From an uncultured Candidatus Saccharibacteria bacterium (GTDB lineage Bacteria > Patescibacteriota > Minisyncoccia > Minisyncoccales > GWA2-38-27), in the NCBI GenBank assembly GCA_964557155.1, contig CAZKZC010000001.1, positions 1 through 57,443 on the forward strand: a stretch of DNA of 57,443 bases, in the 5' to 3' direction. Positions within the stretch are counted from its first letter, which is position 1. Each line of letters starts with the position of its first letter. The notes beneath the pieces were generated by a model, which was given only the letters and a program-made list of their open reading frames with translations, was not told where the DNA came from and searched no databases. Made by a program: the position numbers and the translations under genes. Positions 1 to 8,596 of this stretch are shown piece after piece.

Positions 1-1
1 T

Positions 2-1123
2 TATAGTGTTGGTAAAACAAAGTTAGCCATATTTAAAAAAGAGCCTGAAATTATTGAAGAGACCAACCAACTTGATTTCCAAGAACTTAAAGTCAACAAA
101 GACACGAACCTTAACCCTAAATATACTTTTGATTCTTTTGTTGTTGGTCCATTTAATGAATTACCTCATGCCGCCAGTATCGCTGTTTCCCAAAAACCCG
201 GTCTTGTCTATAATCCTCTTTTTATTTATGGAGGCGTTGGTCTGGGTAAAACTCATTTACTTCAAGCCATTGGAAATGAAATCAGCAAAACCCTTAAAAA
301 GAAAAAGATTGTATATATATCCTCTGAAAAATTCGCCTCGGAAGTTGTTTCAGCAATCAGGAATCACACGATGGAAGCATTTAAGGAAAAGTATCGATCT
401 ATGGATGTTTTAATTTTAGATGATATTCAATTCTTAGCTGGAAAAGAAAAAACTCAAGAGGAGTTCTTCCATGTTTTCAATGTCCTTTATGAAAACAATA
501 AACAAATTATACTTTCTTCAGATAGACCACCCAAAGCCATTAATTCTTTAGCTGAAAGATTGAGATCTCGTTTTGAGGGTGGAATGATTGCTGATGTTAG
601 CTCTCCAGACCTAGAAACAAGAATGGCTATTCTAAAAACAAAAGCCCAAGAGAAGAACGCTGACTTTCCTGATGAGGTTTATCAATATATTGCTTTCTCT
701 ATTCAGAAAAACATTAGAGAGTTAGAGGGAGCTTTAAATCGTTTGATTGTTCATCAGAAAATAAGTAATCAGAAAGTTGATCTTGAATTAACAAAAACCT
801 TATTCAAAAGCTTGCTTTCTTCTCCCAATAGAATTATAACGCCCAAGAAGATAGTTCAATGCGTTGTTGAGTTTTATGACCTTAAGGAGAGAGATTTGTT
901 GACATCTTCTAGAAAGAAAGAAATTGTTAAACCAAGACAGATAGCAATGTATTTATTAAGGGAAGAATTAAAAAGCTCTTTTCCTTTTATTGGTAGAAAG
1001 TTTAATGGAAAAGATCACACAACAGCCATCCACTCTTACAAGAAAATATGTCGATGTGTCCAGACAGATAAAAGATTAGAAGAAGAAATAGAGTTAATAA
1101 AAGAGAGGATACACACTAGTTAA
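2..1123 (+). CDS. dnaA: Chromosomal replication initiator DnaA, 5' end cut by window edge
   Basis: Frame +2 is open from nt 2; the listed ORF 371..1123 is only its last Met-initiated part. Translation gives NPKYTFDSFVVGPFN, Walker A GGVGLGKTHLL, LILDDIQFL and a C-terminal DNA-binding helix (KPRQIAMYLLRE, DHTTAIHSYKKI). Confidence 0.95.
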   Translation, partial: YSVGKTKLAIFKKEPEIIEETNQLDFQELKVNKDTNLNPKYTFDSFVVGPFNELPHAASIAVSQKPGLVYNPLFIYGGVGLGKTHLLQAIGNEISKTLKKKKIVYISSEKFASEVVSAIRNHTMEAFKEKYRSMDVLILDDIQFLAGKEKTQEEFFHVFNVLYENNKQIILSSDRPPKAINSLAERLRSRFEGGMIADVSSPDLETRMAILKTKAQEKNADFPDEVYQYIAFSIQKNIRELEGALNRLIVHQKISNQKVDLELTKTLFKSLLSSPNRIITPKKIVQCVVEFYDLKERDLLTSSRKKEIVKPRQIAMYLLREELKSSFPFIGRKFNGKDHTTAIHSYKKICRCVQTDKRLEEEIELIKERIHTS

Positions 1124-1137
1124 AACACTTAATAAAC

Positions 1138-1296
1138 TGTGGATAAAATCGGCTTAAAGTTTATCCACTAAAATAGACCCATTTTTTCCCAAGAATTTTA
1201 GACGCCTTATCCCCAATACAAACAAGTGTAAAATAAAACTTTTCCACAATACTAATAATAATAACAAGTTAAATATATTTATTAATTACTATTACT
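1138..1296. promoter_or_regulatory. oriC-type DnaA-box cluster plus AT-rich tract between dnaA and dnaN
   Basis: TGTGGATAA at 1138-1146 is a perfect TTATCCACA on the other strand. Three boxes have one mismatch: TTATCCACT 1161-1169, TTATCCCCA 1207-1215, TTTTCCACA 1240-1248. A nearly pure A/T stretch follows at 1249-1296. Confidence 0.7.
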
Positions 1297-2427
1297 ATGA
1301 AATTATTAATTCCACAAGAGAAACTAAAACAAGGGTTAAATATTGTCGAAAGAATTTCATCTAAATCTCTAACTCTTCCAATATTAAACAATATTCTTAT
1401 CAATACAGAGAAAAACTTTCTTAGTTTGTCGGCTACTGATTTAGAGATTGGTGTTAGGTGGTGGGTTTTAAGCAAAGTAGAAAAACAAGGAAGCGTTACC
1501 ATCCCCTCTCGCCTATTGTCTAGTTTTGTGAACTTGCTTCCTAATAGTAATATTGCTCTTGAGAGTAAAAATAATAATTTGTCTGTAAAAAGTGATAATT
1601 ATAAAACAGAAATAAAAGGATTAAGCGCTGAAGAGTTTCCAATTATCCCAACCATTATTGATGGCGAGTCAATTTCTCTTGATAGTTTAGCTTTCTGTCG
1701 GGACTTAAATCAGGTGGCTGATATTCCTGTTCCCTCTACGACTAGACCAGAGATTTCAGGCATCTACTTTTCGTTTCAGAAAAACACAATTACCATAGCG
1801 GCTACAGATAGCTTTCGTCTTGGAGAGAAGAGAATTTTTCTTAAAAATAGTTCGTCTTTAACTAAGGAGTATTCCTTAATTCTTCCTCAAAAGACAATAA
1901 AAGAAATAATTAATATTTTTAACGAGAAACCAGGAGAGCTCAAAATGTATTTTTCACCGAATCAGATTATGTTTGAATGTCCGATGGAAGAAACCAGTCA
2001 TCCTCAAATTCAAATAATATCTAGGTTAATAGAGGGAGATTATCCTAATTATAAAGAAATTATTCCTAAAAAATATACCACCAGGTTAGTTTTAGATAGA
2101 AATGAATTTCTTAACCAAGTTAAGACAGCTAGTTTATTTAGTGGAAAGGTTAATGAGATAAAAATTAAAGTGGAGCCAAAATCTAAAAAAGTGAATATCT
2201 CAAGTCAGAGTTCTGAGCTTGGAGATCATCAATCATTTATAGCGGGAAAAGTAGAAGGAGAGCCAGTAGAAATTTCATTTAATCATAGGTTTTTATTAGA
2301 TGGCTTGCAAAGCATTAAAACCTCTGAAGTTATTTTTGAATTAAATAATGATTCTGGTCCAGGAGTATTAAAATCCCCAAATGACGAAACATATCTCTAT
2401 GTCGTCATGCCCATCAAAGCCACTTGA
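1297..2427 (+). CDS. dnaN: DNA polymerase III beta sliding clamp
   Basis: 376-aa ORF directly after dnaA. Three-domain length and typical clamp sequence (LSATDLEIG, DSFRLGEKR, FNHRFLLDGL, C-terminal YVVMPI). Confidence 0.93.
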   Translation: MKLLIPQEKLKQGLNIVERISSKSLTLPILNNILINTEKNFLSLSATDLEIGVRWWVLSKVEKQGSVTIPSRLLSSFVNLLPNSNIALESKNNNLSVKSDNYKTEIKGLSAEEFPIIPTIIDGESISLDSLAFCRDLNQVADIPVPSTTRPEISGIYFSFQKNTITIAATDSFRLGEKRIFLKNSSSLTKEYSLILPQKTIKEIINIFNEKPGELKMYFSPNQIMFECPMEETSHPQIQIISRLIEGDYPNYKEIIPKKYTTRLVLDRNEFLNQVKTASLFSGKVNEIKIKVEPKSKKVNISSQSSELGDHQSFIAGKVEGEPVEISFNHRFLLDGLQSIKTSEVIFELNNDSGPGVLKSPNDETYLYVVMPIKAT

Positions 2428-2452
2428 CAAATATATTATTGCATGATATAAT
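2424..2452 (+). promoter_or_regulatory. Sigma70-type promoter
   Basis: TTGACA (2424-2429), 17-nt spacer, TGaTATAAT extended -10 (TATAAT 2447-2452), upstream of ORF 2506. Confidence 0.6.
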
Positions 2453-2505
2453 GGAACCATTGAAAATAAAATAAACAAGCAAAAGTTTTTCAGAAAGGGA
2501 AAAGA

Positions 2506-2757
2506 ATGACCGAAAAAAGAATGAAACAGTGGCTTTTGTGTGCTATAGTAATTTATTTTCTAGGCGTTGCAACGGGAGCGACATTCAAGGTGGTTTACAC
2601 ACAAGCACAAATCACCAAAGTTTCTGAGCCGGAAGTCTCCGACACATATGTTATGGAACTTCTTGAAATGCCCCCTAGCGAAGAGCAGGATGCCGAGATA
2701 GCAATGACTATGGCTCGCATCATGGATGATGCAAACGAGCCAAATGTGGGGCAATGA
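2506..2757 (+). CDS. Small membrane-anchored hypothetical protein (83 aa)
   Basis: ORF with one N-terminal hydrophobic helix (WLLCAIVIYFLGVATGATF) and an acidic tail. A consensus promoter precedes it and hairpins follow. G+C is visibly higher than in dnaN. Confidence 0.5.
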   Translation: MTEKRMKQWLLCAIVIYFLGVATGATFKVVYTQAQITKVSEPEVSDTYVMELLEMPPSEEQDAEIAMTMARIMDDANEPNVGQ

Positions 2758-2851
2758 AAAAACAAAAGGATGGGTGGTAACCTCACCCATTTCACAACAA
2801 GGCAGTGAGTTGACAAAACTCCCTGCCTTTTTTCTTTCCCTTTTTAAAATA

Positions 2852-2880
2852 AATCCGTCTAGGTCGGACCTAGACGGATT
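2852..2880. repeat. 29-nt hairpin AATCCGTC-N13-GACGGATT (left flank of hicAB)
   Basis: aatccgtctaggtcggacctagacggatt followed by a T run. It has the same 8+13+8 architecture and the same outer stem as 3411-3439 and 41279-41307. Confidence 0.7.
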
Positions 2881-2882
2881 TT

Positions 2883-3128
2883 CTATTCGTTATAGAAATG
2901 AGATTTTAAATTGTCTTCGGGGATATATTTTAATGATTGGCGATAGATAGCTTTGAGGGTTCCTTTGTCTAATTCGGGATGATTGGGTATTGTTAGCGTT
3001 TGTTTCGTTTTATCAGATTTAATTCGTGATAATTTAACATGACTACCTTTTTGAAGAGCAATAACAAAACCAAAAGATGAAAGTATTTTTATTACATCTT
3101 GCCCTGATAAAACTTTCAACTTAGGCAT
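2883..3128 (-). CDS. hicA: HicA-family mRNA interferase toxin
   Basis: MPKLKVLSGQDVIKILSSFGFVIALQKGSHVKL...TIPNHPELDKGTLKAI is the YcfA/HicA pattern. The start at MPKLK (3128) overlaps the hicB stop by 8 nt. The listed ORF extends to 3143. Confidence 0.8.
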   Translation of the reverse strand: MPKLKVLSGQDVIKILSSFGFVIALQKGSHVKLSRIKSDKTKQTLTIPNHPELDKGTLKAIYRQSLKYIPEDNLKSHFYNE

Positions 3129-3348
3129 AAACCTGAGAATCAAGTTCTAAATTTGCTAAAATAGATGGTTGAGGAGCCAAATCAAAATCTGTTAGATCTT
3201 CATTTTCTAATTGAAGAGCAATAGCTTCTTTTAGATTAACAATAAGTTCATCAAGAGTTTTTGCTTGAGTAACAACCGGTAAATCAACAGATTCACCAAT
3301 ATAATATTTATCTCCTTTATATATACGGACTTGAATAATCTTTTTCAT
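3121..3348 (-). CDS. hicB: HicB-family antitoxin (UPF0150-like)
   Basis: 75-aa acidic protein (YYIGESVDLPVVTQAKTLDELIVNLKEAIALQLE) immediately upstream of, and overlapping, hicA. Confidence 0.75.
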   Translation of the reverse strand: MKKIIQVRIYKGDKYYIGESVDLPVVTQAKTLDELIVNLKEAIALQLENEDLTDFDLAPQPSILANLELDSQVYA

Positions 3349-3410
3349 ATGTTTTATTATATCATAATTAAAGGATTAAAGCAAAATAATCTCAATAATC
3401 CTAGTTTATG

Positions 3411-3439
3411 AATCCGTCGAGGACGGGCCTCGACGGATT
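3411..3439. repeat. 29-nt hairpin AATCCGTC-N13-GACGGATT (right flank of hicAB)
   Basis: aatccgtcgaggacgggcctcgacggatt followed by a T run. It is in direct orientation relative to 2852-2880. Confidence 0.7.
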
Positions 3440-3475
3440 TTATGTGACATTTTAACACAACTACAACAATAAAGT

Positions 3476-3504
3476 TTGACAAATATATGGATATGTGATA
3501 CAAT
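3476..3504 (+). promoter_or_regulatory. Sigma70-type promoter
   Basis: TTGACA (3476-3481), 17-nt spacer, TGaTACAAT (3499-3504), upstream of ORF 3576. Confidence 0.6.
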
Positions 3505-3575
3505 TAGAGCATTAAAAAATTTAGATCATTGGCAAGTTAATATTAAACTGAAACTGAATTTGAAAGGATAGAAAA

Positions 3576-4700
3576 ATGGTAGAACAACAGAACAATCAAA
3601 AAGAACAGCAAGAAGAAAATCGGCCAGGGAGACGAGCAACGGCACAAATAGAAGCAATAAAGAGAGATATGGAAAAAGCTACAAAAACGGTAAATCTGTT
3701 AATCAAAATTATTGTATTTGTGGCTGGGGTTTGTTTAATGCTTGGATGTATTTGTTTTCTTTTCGGGCAATGGATTGTTGGCTGTGTCTTTTGCACTCCC
3801 GCGGTCACGGTGTTGTTTCTTTTTCTTGGCGGATTAATGGTCGTTGGGCCTGAAGAGAGATTCTTGATAGAATTTTTGGGACGAGCATATTGCGTCAAGA
3901 ATCCTGGCTTAAGATGGGTTTCCCCCGTATTAATGCGCAAAAGGATGGTCGCTTATACTTGGAAACAACCAGTTGATTTGTTTCCTGAGAGGCGATATCC
4001 TAACGGAGTGCATATTGATCTTAAAAAAGGTGGAAAAACTCAATTAGTTGAACCTATTTTATGGGTTCGGATGGATGGCGTTGGGACAGATCTAGAAGAC
4101 GAAAGTGTACTCCGAATGGCCTACAGTGTTGATGACTGGAAAGAGGCAGTGACAGAAGGCGGAGAAGATGCCCTACGAACCTGTCTTAACAATCTCATGG
4201 TTGAAGAAGTGCTTTCTGCTACACACGACTCTAGTAGAGCATCGTGGTGGGAGGCAGTGAGAGAGAACTTTCCAGCACTGGAAGAGGCCATTAAGAGTTA
4301 TGGTCTAGTGCCAGTCAGCCTAACCATCAGTGATTTCAATTGGGACCCAGCAGTTGTAGCATCAAGACAGAAAGTTTTTGAAGAGGAAAGGTCGATTGCA
4401 ATTGCTGAGCTTAGCAAAGAAGCTTCAAAAGACGAAATTGGTCAGAAGGCCTTAGAGATAGGTGGTCTATATGGGGTGATGGCCAAACTCTTGATGCAGA
4501 AACAATATGGCGGACATACAGAAGAGGAGGCCAAAAGGGTTGCCAAAGAGCTTGTTATCTACTTCAAGGGAGCAGATACAGGAACTATAACTCATCTGCA
4601 GGGGGGTGGCGACTTATCACCACTTCTTACAGGTATTCTTGCTTTGATGCGTGGTAGTCGTAGAGAAGAAAATAGTCCTTCTCTTCTGCCTCCCGCTTAA
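3576..4700 (+). CDS. Membrane-anchored SPFH/band-7-like protein
   Basis: Two N-terminal hydrophobic helices, then FLIEFLGRAYCVKNPGLRWVSPVLMRKRMV, which resembles the start of an SPFH (stomatin/prohibitin) domain. A coiled C-terminal part follows. Motif-level call only. Confidence 0.5.
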   Translation: MVEQQNNQKEQQEENRPGRRATAQIEAIKRDMEKATKTVNLLIKIIVFVAGVCLMLGCICFLFGQWIVGCVFCTPAVTVLFLFLGGLMVVGPEERFLIEFLGRAYCVKNPGLRWVSPVLMRKRMVAYTWKQPVDLFPERRYPNGVHIDLKKGGKTQLVEPILWVRMDGVGTDLEDESVLRMAYSVDDWKEAVTEGGEDALRTCLNNLMVEEVLSATHDSSRASWWEAVRENFPALEEAIKSYGLVPVSLTISDFNWDPAVVASRQKVFEEERSIAIAELSKEASKDEIGQKALEIGGLYGVMAKLLMQKQYGGHTEEEAKRVAKELVIYFKGADTGTITHLQGGGDLSPLLTGILALMRGSRREENSPSLLPPA

Positions 4701-4723
4701 CGAAAAAAGAATTTAAAAATCTT

Positions 4724-4751
4724 AAAGGGATCACCTCGGTGGTCCCTTTTT
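4724..4751. terminator. Bidirectional intrinsic terminator
   Basis: aaagggatcacctcggtggtcccttttt: a GC-rich stem with an A run before and a T run after, between convergent genes. Confidence 0.7.
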
Positions 4752-4764
4752 ATTTTATCTTAAA

Positions 4765-7161
4765 TTATCCAAATATAATTATATCTGCTTGTTCTCGTGA
4801 TGTAAATCCTTTTATTCTTTCGTCAGGCCACCCCATTTTTCTTAATTTATCTATCTGACTGTCTGTTAGTATTGGATTTATTTTTGCTTGCTTTCCCGTT
4901 GTAGGTGTTTTTGTTTTTTTGCTACCTCCTGCTCCCGTTGTAGGTGTTGGTTTTACATTTACTTTTTGTCCGAGAGGTCCCATTCCGAGTCCGATTGCTG
5001 GCGAGCTTGGTGGCGTGTTGAGAGATGAATCATCCGAATCACCTTGTGGTATAAAGTTCATCTTTCTCCAACCAGTCTTTTTAAATCGATCGTCTTCTAC
5101 AGAGACAAAATACTTGCGATCACCAAAGTTTTCTTTAATATGCTTGTCAAATTCTCTCCATGCTTTTTTATGATCTGCGGTTTCAGTCGAAACTCCTGTT
5201 TCGTCATCTATTATGTCTGCTAATAATTCTGCGATCTTACTTTCGCTTAAGTCTGATTTGCCCAAAATAGATTTCTTATTTCCTCTAACAAAATCAGAAA
5301 ACATCTCATCCATGGTTTTAAGTTGGGTATCTTGACCATTCTTAATTTGACGATTAACTTGTAATTGTCTGTCTCTATCAAGGTGAGCCATGACTCCACC
5401 TGTAACCTTTTGGCTTTTAAGACTTTCAGGTTCCCAATCTTTAAGATGGTCTCTAGCTTCTGTAACAGCTTTATTCACGGCAACTTGGGCAGAAGCCATC
5501 TGTGGCTTGCCATCTTTGTCTAATCTGCCATAACTTCCAATGTTTTTCTCGTATGCTACTTCGGCTAAACGAGGATCTCTTCTTAATATTGATCCTAGCT
5601 TGCCTGAGTTGTTAGCATCCACGAGGATAGGAGCCATGATTCTTTTAAAATCTTTGTCGCTTGTTATTTCTTCATCATTCATGTCTTTCCATTTCTTGCC
5701 TCCTGCCCCCTTGCCAATTTTTCTTTTAAAAGCTTCGAAGAGGTCTTGAGAATCATTTTGTGCCAACAGTTGAGAGTACCATCCTGTGGCTTCTGCTCCC
5801 TTAATCTTTTCGTTTGCTAATTCGTCACCTATCACCGCGCCAGAGTTTCCTTTGGCATCCTCCATTCCCTTGTCTATAGTAGGTTTTAAATTGCCAAATT
5901 CTTTAAGTTTTTTTGGAGCTGCCCACTTAGAGATGGCAAAGGGCTTAAACCTGCCTCCAGCAGTTGGCGACCAGTTACCTAATTTTATCATTCTAGAATA
6001 TACACCACCAGCAGTTTTTCTTGCCATTCCTTCGACTGTAGGCTTTAAACCTCTTCCTATCTTTTTAGCAGTTGTCCCTGGCATTCTGGCTACTCCCCTG
6101 CCCACTCTTCCAAATGTTTTTGCATGGCTCCATTTACCTGCCCTTATTGCTGCCGATGAACCCATGGCGGTAGTTTTAAGAGCGATAAAGAAACCAAAAT
6201 AAATCATGGCGATTATTACAAAATAAGGAATAATGTTATCAAGAAAGCCTGTTAGGGGTGCGTCTAGTCCCGGTGCCTTTAGGTTCGCCCTGATTGTCTC
6301 ATTTAAAACTGTTGCAGATCGTATTGCTAGGTAGAGGAAAAATGCTAAAGGTATTCCAATAATTGACCATTGAATAAGTTGTTTCCACCATAAATCCCAA
6401 AAACTCTTGGTAGAGGGGAGTATCCACGAAACAAGAGCTAAAGGAGATAAAATAACTAAAATCCAAATAGCAACATATCTAAACAAGAAAATAAACGCAA
6501 AAAGAAAAAAGGCAAAACCAATAGAAATATTTAATATTATCATTGTTGACCCTTTAGCCATTAGAGATCCTTTCGTTGATAAAGACCCAAAGGTAATTTT
6601 TACTAAATCGCTAAATATATCTCCTATATCAATACCCGTTAATATGCCAGAAACTCCTTGGCCTATTCCTGCTAGGAAAAAATGCATAACAATATTTGTA
6701 GCATCAACAATTAATCCACAGATGACAGGGGCAAAGTTTACTAGCAGAGCAACAATAACTAATTTTATAAAGGTCTTTTTGGTTCCGTACTCTCTTATTT
6801 GTAAACTAATAGCTATAGCAATGAAAACTAAAGCAACCACTAATCCTAAATTAACAAAGTTTTTAGTAATGTCTAGCCCAATTCTAATAATTTCATTCCT
6901 TGCTGGGTCAGTATAACTTAAACTCATAAAACCAGGACTAGTCACCCAATTAAGAAGAGCTCCGGTAATTTTGGCAAATAAATTTGTAAGAAGAACGGTT
7001 ACGCCCATAAAAATTCCTATCTGTGATGATGGTAAAGCCGTGAGAATGCCCATGAAGCTCACATCCAGGGCAACAGTTTTTAAGGGAAATAAAAGTAAGG
7101 CAAAAACAGAACTCAACGTAATCAATATTTTTTTATTATTTGAATAAAGTTTTTTGAACAT
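4765..7161 (-). CDS. 798-aa polytopic membrane protein, VirB6/TrbL-like by architecture
   Basis: Signal/anchor helix plus about 7 further hydrophobic helices in the first ~340 aa. A ~450-aa hydrophilic Lys/Gly/Asp-rich C-terminal region follows. It is the last gene of the operon, starting 10 nt after the preceding stop. Confidence 0.8.
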   Translation of the reverse strand: MFKKLYSNNKKILITLSSVFALLLFPLKTVALDVSFMGILTALPSSQIGIFMGVTVLLTNLFAKITGALLNWVTSPGFMSLSYTDPARNEIIRIGLDITKNFVNLGLVVALVFIAIAISLQIREYGTKKTFIKLVIVALLVNFAPVICGLIVDATNIVMHFFLAGIGQGVSGILTGIDIGDIFSDLVKITFGSLSTKGSLMAKGSTMIILNISIGFAFFLFAFIFLFRYVAIWILVILSPLALVSWILPSTKSFWDLWWKQLIQWSIIGIPLAFFLYLAIRSATVLNETIRANLKAPGLDAPLTGFLDNIIPYFVIIAMIYFGFFIALKTTAMGSSAAIRAGKWSHAKTFGRVGRGVARMPGTTAKKIGRGLKPTVEGMARKTAGGVYSRMIKLGNWSPTAGGRFKPFAISKWAAPKKLKEFGNLKPTIDKGMEDAKGNSGAVIGDELANEKIKGAEATGWYSQLLAQNDSQDLFEAFKRKIGKGAGGKKWKDMNDEEITSDKDFKRIMAPILVDANNSGKLGSILRRDPRLAEVAYEKNIGSYGRLDKDGKPQMASAQVAVNKAVTEARDHLKDWEPESLKSQKVTGGVMAHLDRDRQLQVNRQIKNGQDTQLKTMDEMFSDFVRGNKKSILGKSDLSESKIAELLADIIDDETGVSTETADHKKAWREFDKHIKENFGDRKYFVSVEDDRFKKTGWRKMNFIPQGDSDDSSLNTPPSSPAIGLGMGPLGQKVNVKPTPTTGAGGSKKTKTPTTGKQAKINPILTDSQIDKLRKMGWPDERIKGFTSREQADIIIFG

Positions 7162-7171
7162 AAGACGTTTT

Positions 7172-8596
7172 TTAACGAGAACTTAAGACCTTGCCTCTGA
7201 TTACTATAGCTGACTTTGTACAAGGGCGACAATCACGAAGAGCTTCTCGCGTATCCTGATTGGGATCGAATATAGATACACACTCCCTAATCCCATCTCC
7301 AGTTCGTTCACATTGACCAATTGGTTGGTCAAGTAGATTATTGTCGTTGACGCTAATTACTTCGCATATATTGCCTTGGAAATCATCTCCTGAAAACAGT
7401 ATAACAAGATAAGAGTCGACGGGTTCGAACTTGATAGACCTGGTTCCTTTTAGAATATCATTAGCGTTATTAGACGCTGCTAGATTGCTTAAATCTAGAG
7501 TTTCATTTGATATTTTATCATATCCAGGCTCCGCACTTACTTTATAAGATGCCTGCCCAAGTGTTCCTGTTAGTCCAGGAGGACAAAGAGCGCCTTCATT
7601 GTGATTAAGGCATTGAGAGAAGGTAGCTCCTGTTTCGGCGGGAAGTACATCGCCATCAGGTTTTTTAAAAACAGTAAATGATTTAATTCTACTGAAATCT
7701 ATATTGCCAATAACTCCTTCAACGCTAGTTCCGTAAACTCTACGGAATAATCTACATTTTCCTCTAAAATTATCTTTTTCGTGAAAAACTATTCCGTAAC
7801 CATATTCCCAACGCTCTTCGTTTATATTAAGAGTGGCAGGATTATCATATATTCTTTCTGGTATAACAAATATGCTATGATCTTCAGGAGGACTTACATT
7901 GAGAGCAAAATTAAACACATCTACATTGCCAGAAAAATTTGCTCTGTAACAAGAACCCTTGTTTGTGTCTGCCACATTTTCATTTTCGTTATTCATTATA
8001 CTTCTAAACTCATTGGCTATTTTGGTTATTTCTTCGTTTGTGCTTGTTTCGTTTTCGTGTATGGCCATATATCTTCTGATGGTCTCGCCTATGAGAGGCA
8101 CTTGCTTATCGCAAAGATATATCCCTGGGGCAACTATATTACCTATAACACTTAGGGGCTGATCAGTTCCGCCTAGGTCGGTTAAATTAGGATTTATGCT
8201 GTTGAATAAAACGAAGGCACTGATGAGAATAATGGCTCCGAGGAAGGAGGCAAGCATGCTGTTCTTGGCCTCAAGAAGCTGGCCAGCGTTTCCGGCTGAC
8301 ATAGTGTATGTTATACCGGCACTAATCATAACATAGAGAATTATGAGACCAATGATGGCCATAGCGAAGCGGAAAAGGTATTGGACATATTGGGGGAGAC
8401 CAGTGGTAGGCGTTAATGTTAAGTCATTAAAAACAGGATAAACTATTTCAAGAGCTCTTTCTTCTGCCTGAGGATCGGTTTGAGCAAAAACAGACGATAT
8501 GGGAGCAACTATAATCAATAAGCAAACTATAGCGAAAAGTGACTCGGTCACTTTTCGTGGTTTTTTAGGTTTAATATAAGATGTTGAGTATTTCAT
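7172..8596 (-). CDS. 474-aa protein: signal peptide + TrbC/VirB2-like two-helix pilin module + C-terminal Cys-containing domain
   Basis: GLPQYVQYLFRFAMAIIGLIILYVMISAGITYTMSAGNAGQLLEAKNSMLASFLGAIILISAFVLFNSINPNL is paralogous to modules in ORFs 11320-13653 and 15980-16468. An alternative GTG start at 8551 would give MTESLFAIVCLLIIVAPISSVFAQ. Confidence 0.8.
   Translation of the reverse strand: MKYSTSYIKPKKPRKVTESLFAIVCLLIIVAPISSVFAQTDPQAEERALEIVYPVFNDLTLTPTTGLPQYVQYLFRFAMAIIGLIILYVMISAGITYTMSAGNAGQLLEAKNSMLASFLGAIILISAFVLFNSINPNLTDLGGTDQPLSVIGNIVAPGIYLCDKQVPLIGETIRRYMAIHENETSTNEEITKIANEFRSIMNNENENVADTNKGSCYRANFSGNVDVFNFALNVSPPEDHSIFVIPERIYDNPATLNINEERWEYGYGIVFHEKDNFRGKCRLFRRVYGTSVEGVIGNIDFSRIKSFTVFKKPDGDVLPAETGATFSQCLNHNEGALCPPGLTGTLGQASYKVSAEPGYDKISNETLDLSNLAASNNANDILKGTRSIKFEPVDSYLVILFSGDDFQGNICEVISVNDNNLLDQPIGQCERTGDGIRECVSIFDPNQDTREALRDCRPCTKSAIVIRGKVLSSR
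8533..8557. repeat. Perfect 11-bp-stem palindrome cgaaaaGTGACtcgGTCACttttcg
   Basis: The core AAAGTGACTCGGTCACTT recurs at 14886-14904 and 56371-56390. This copy lies 14 nt past the stop of the 928-aa gene, inside the annotated 5' end of the 474-aa gene. Confidence 0.8.

Noticed and set aside
54-413. 119-aa ORF at the window start
   Set aside because: It lies out of frame inside dnaA. The +2 frame carries the unmistakable DnaA Walker A region, so this ORF is a shadow frame.
5786-6916. Plus-strand ORFs 5786-6202 and 6407-6916
   Set aside because: They are antisense to the 798-aa membrane-protein gene. Their compositionally odd translations are typical of shadow frames, and they have no start signals.
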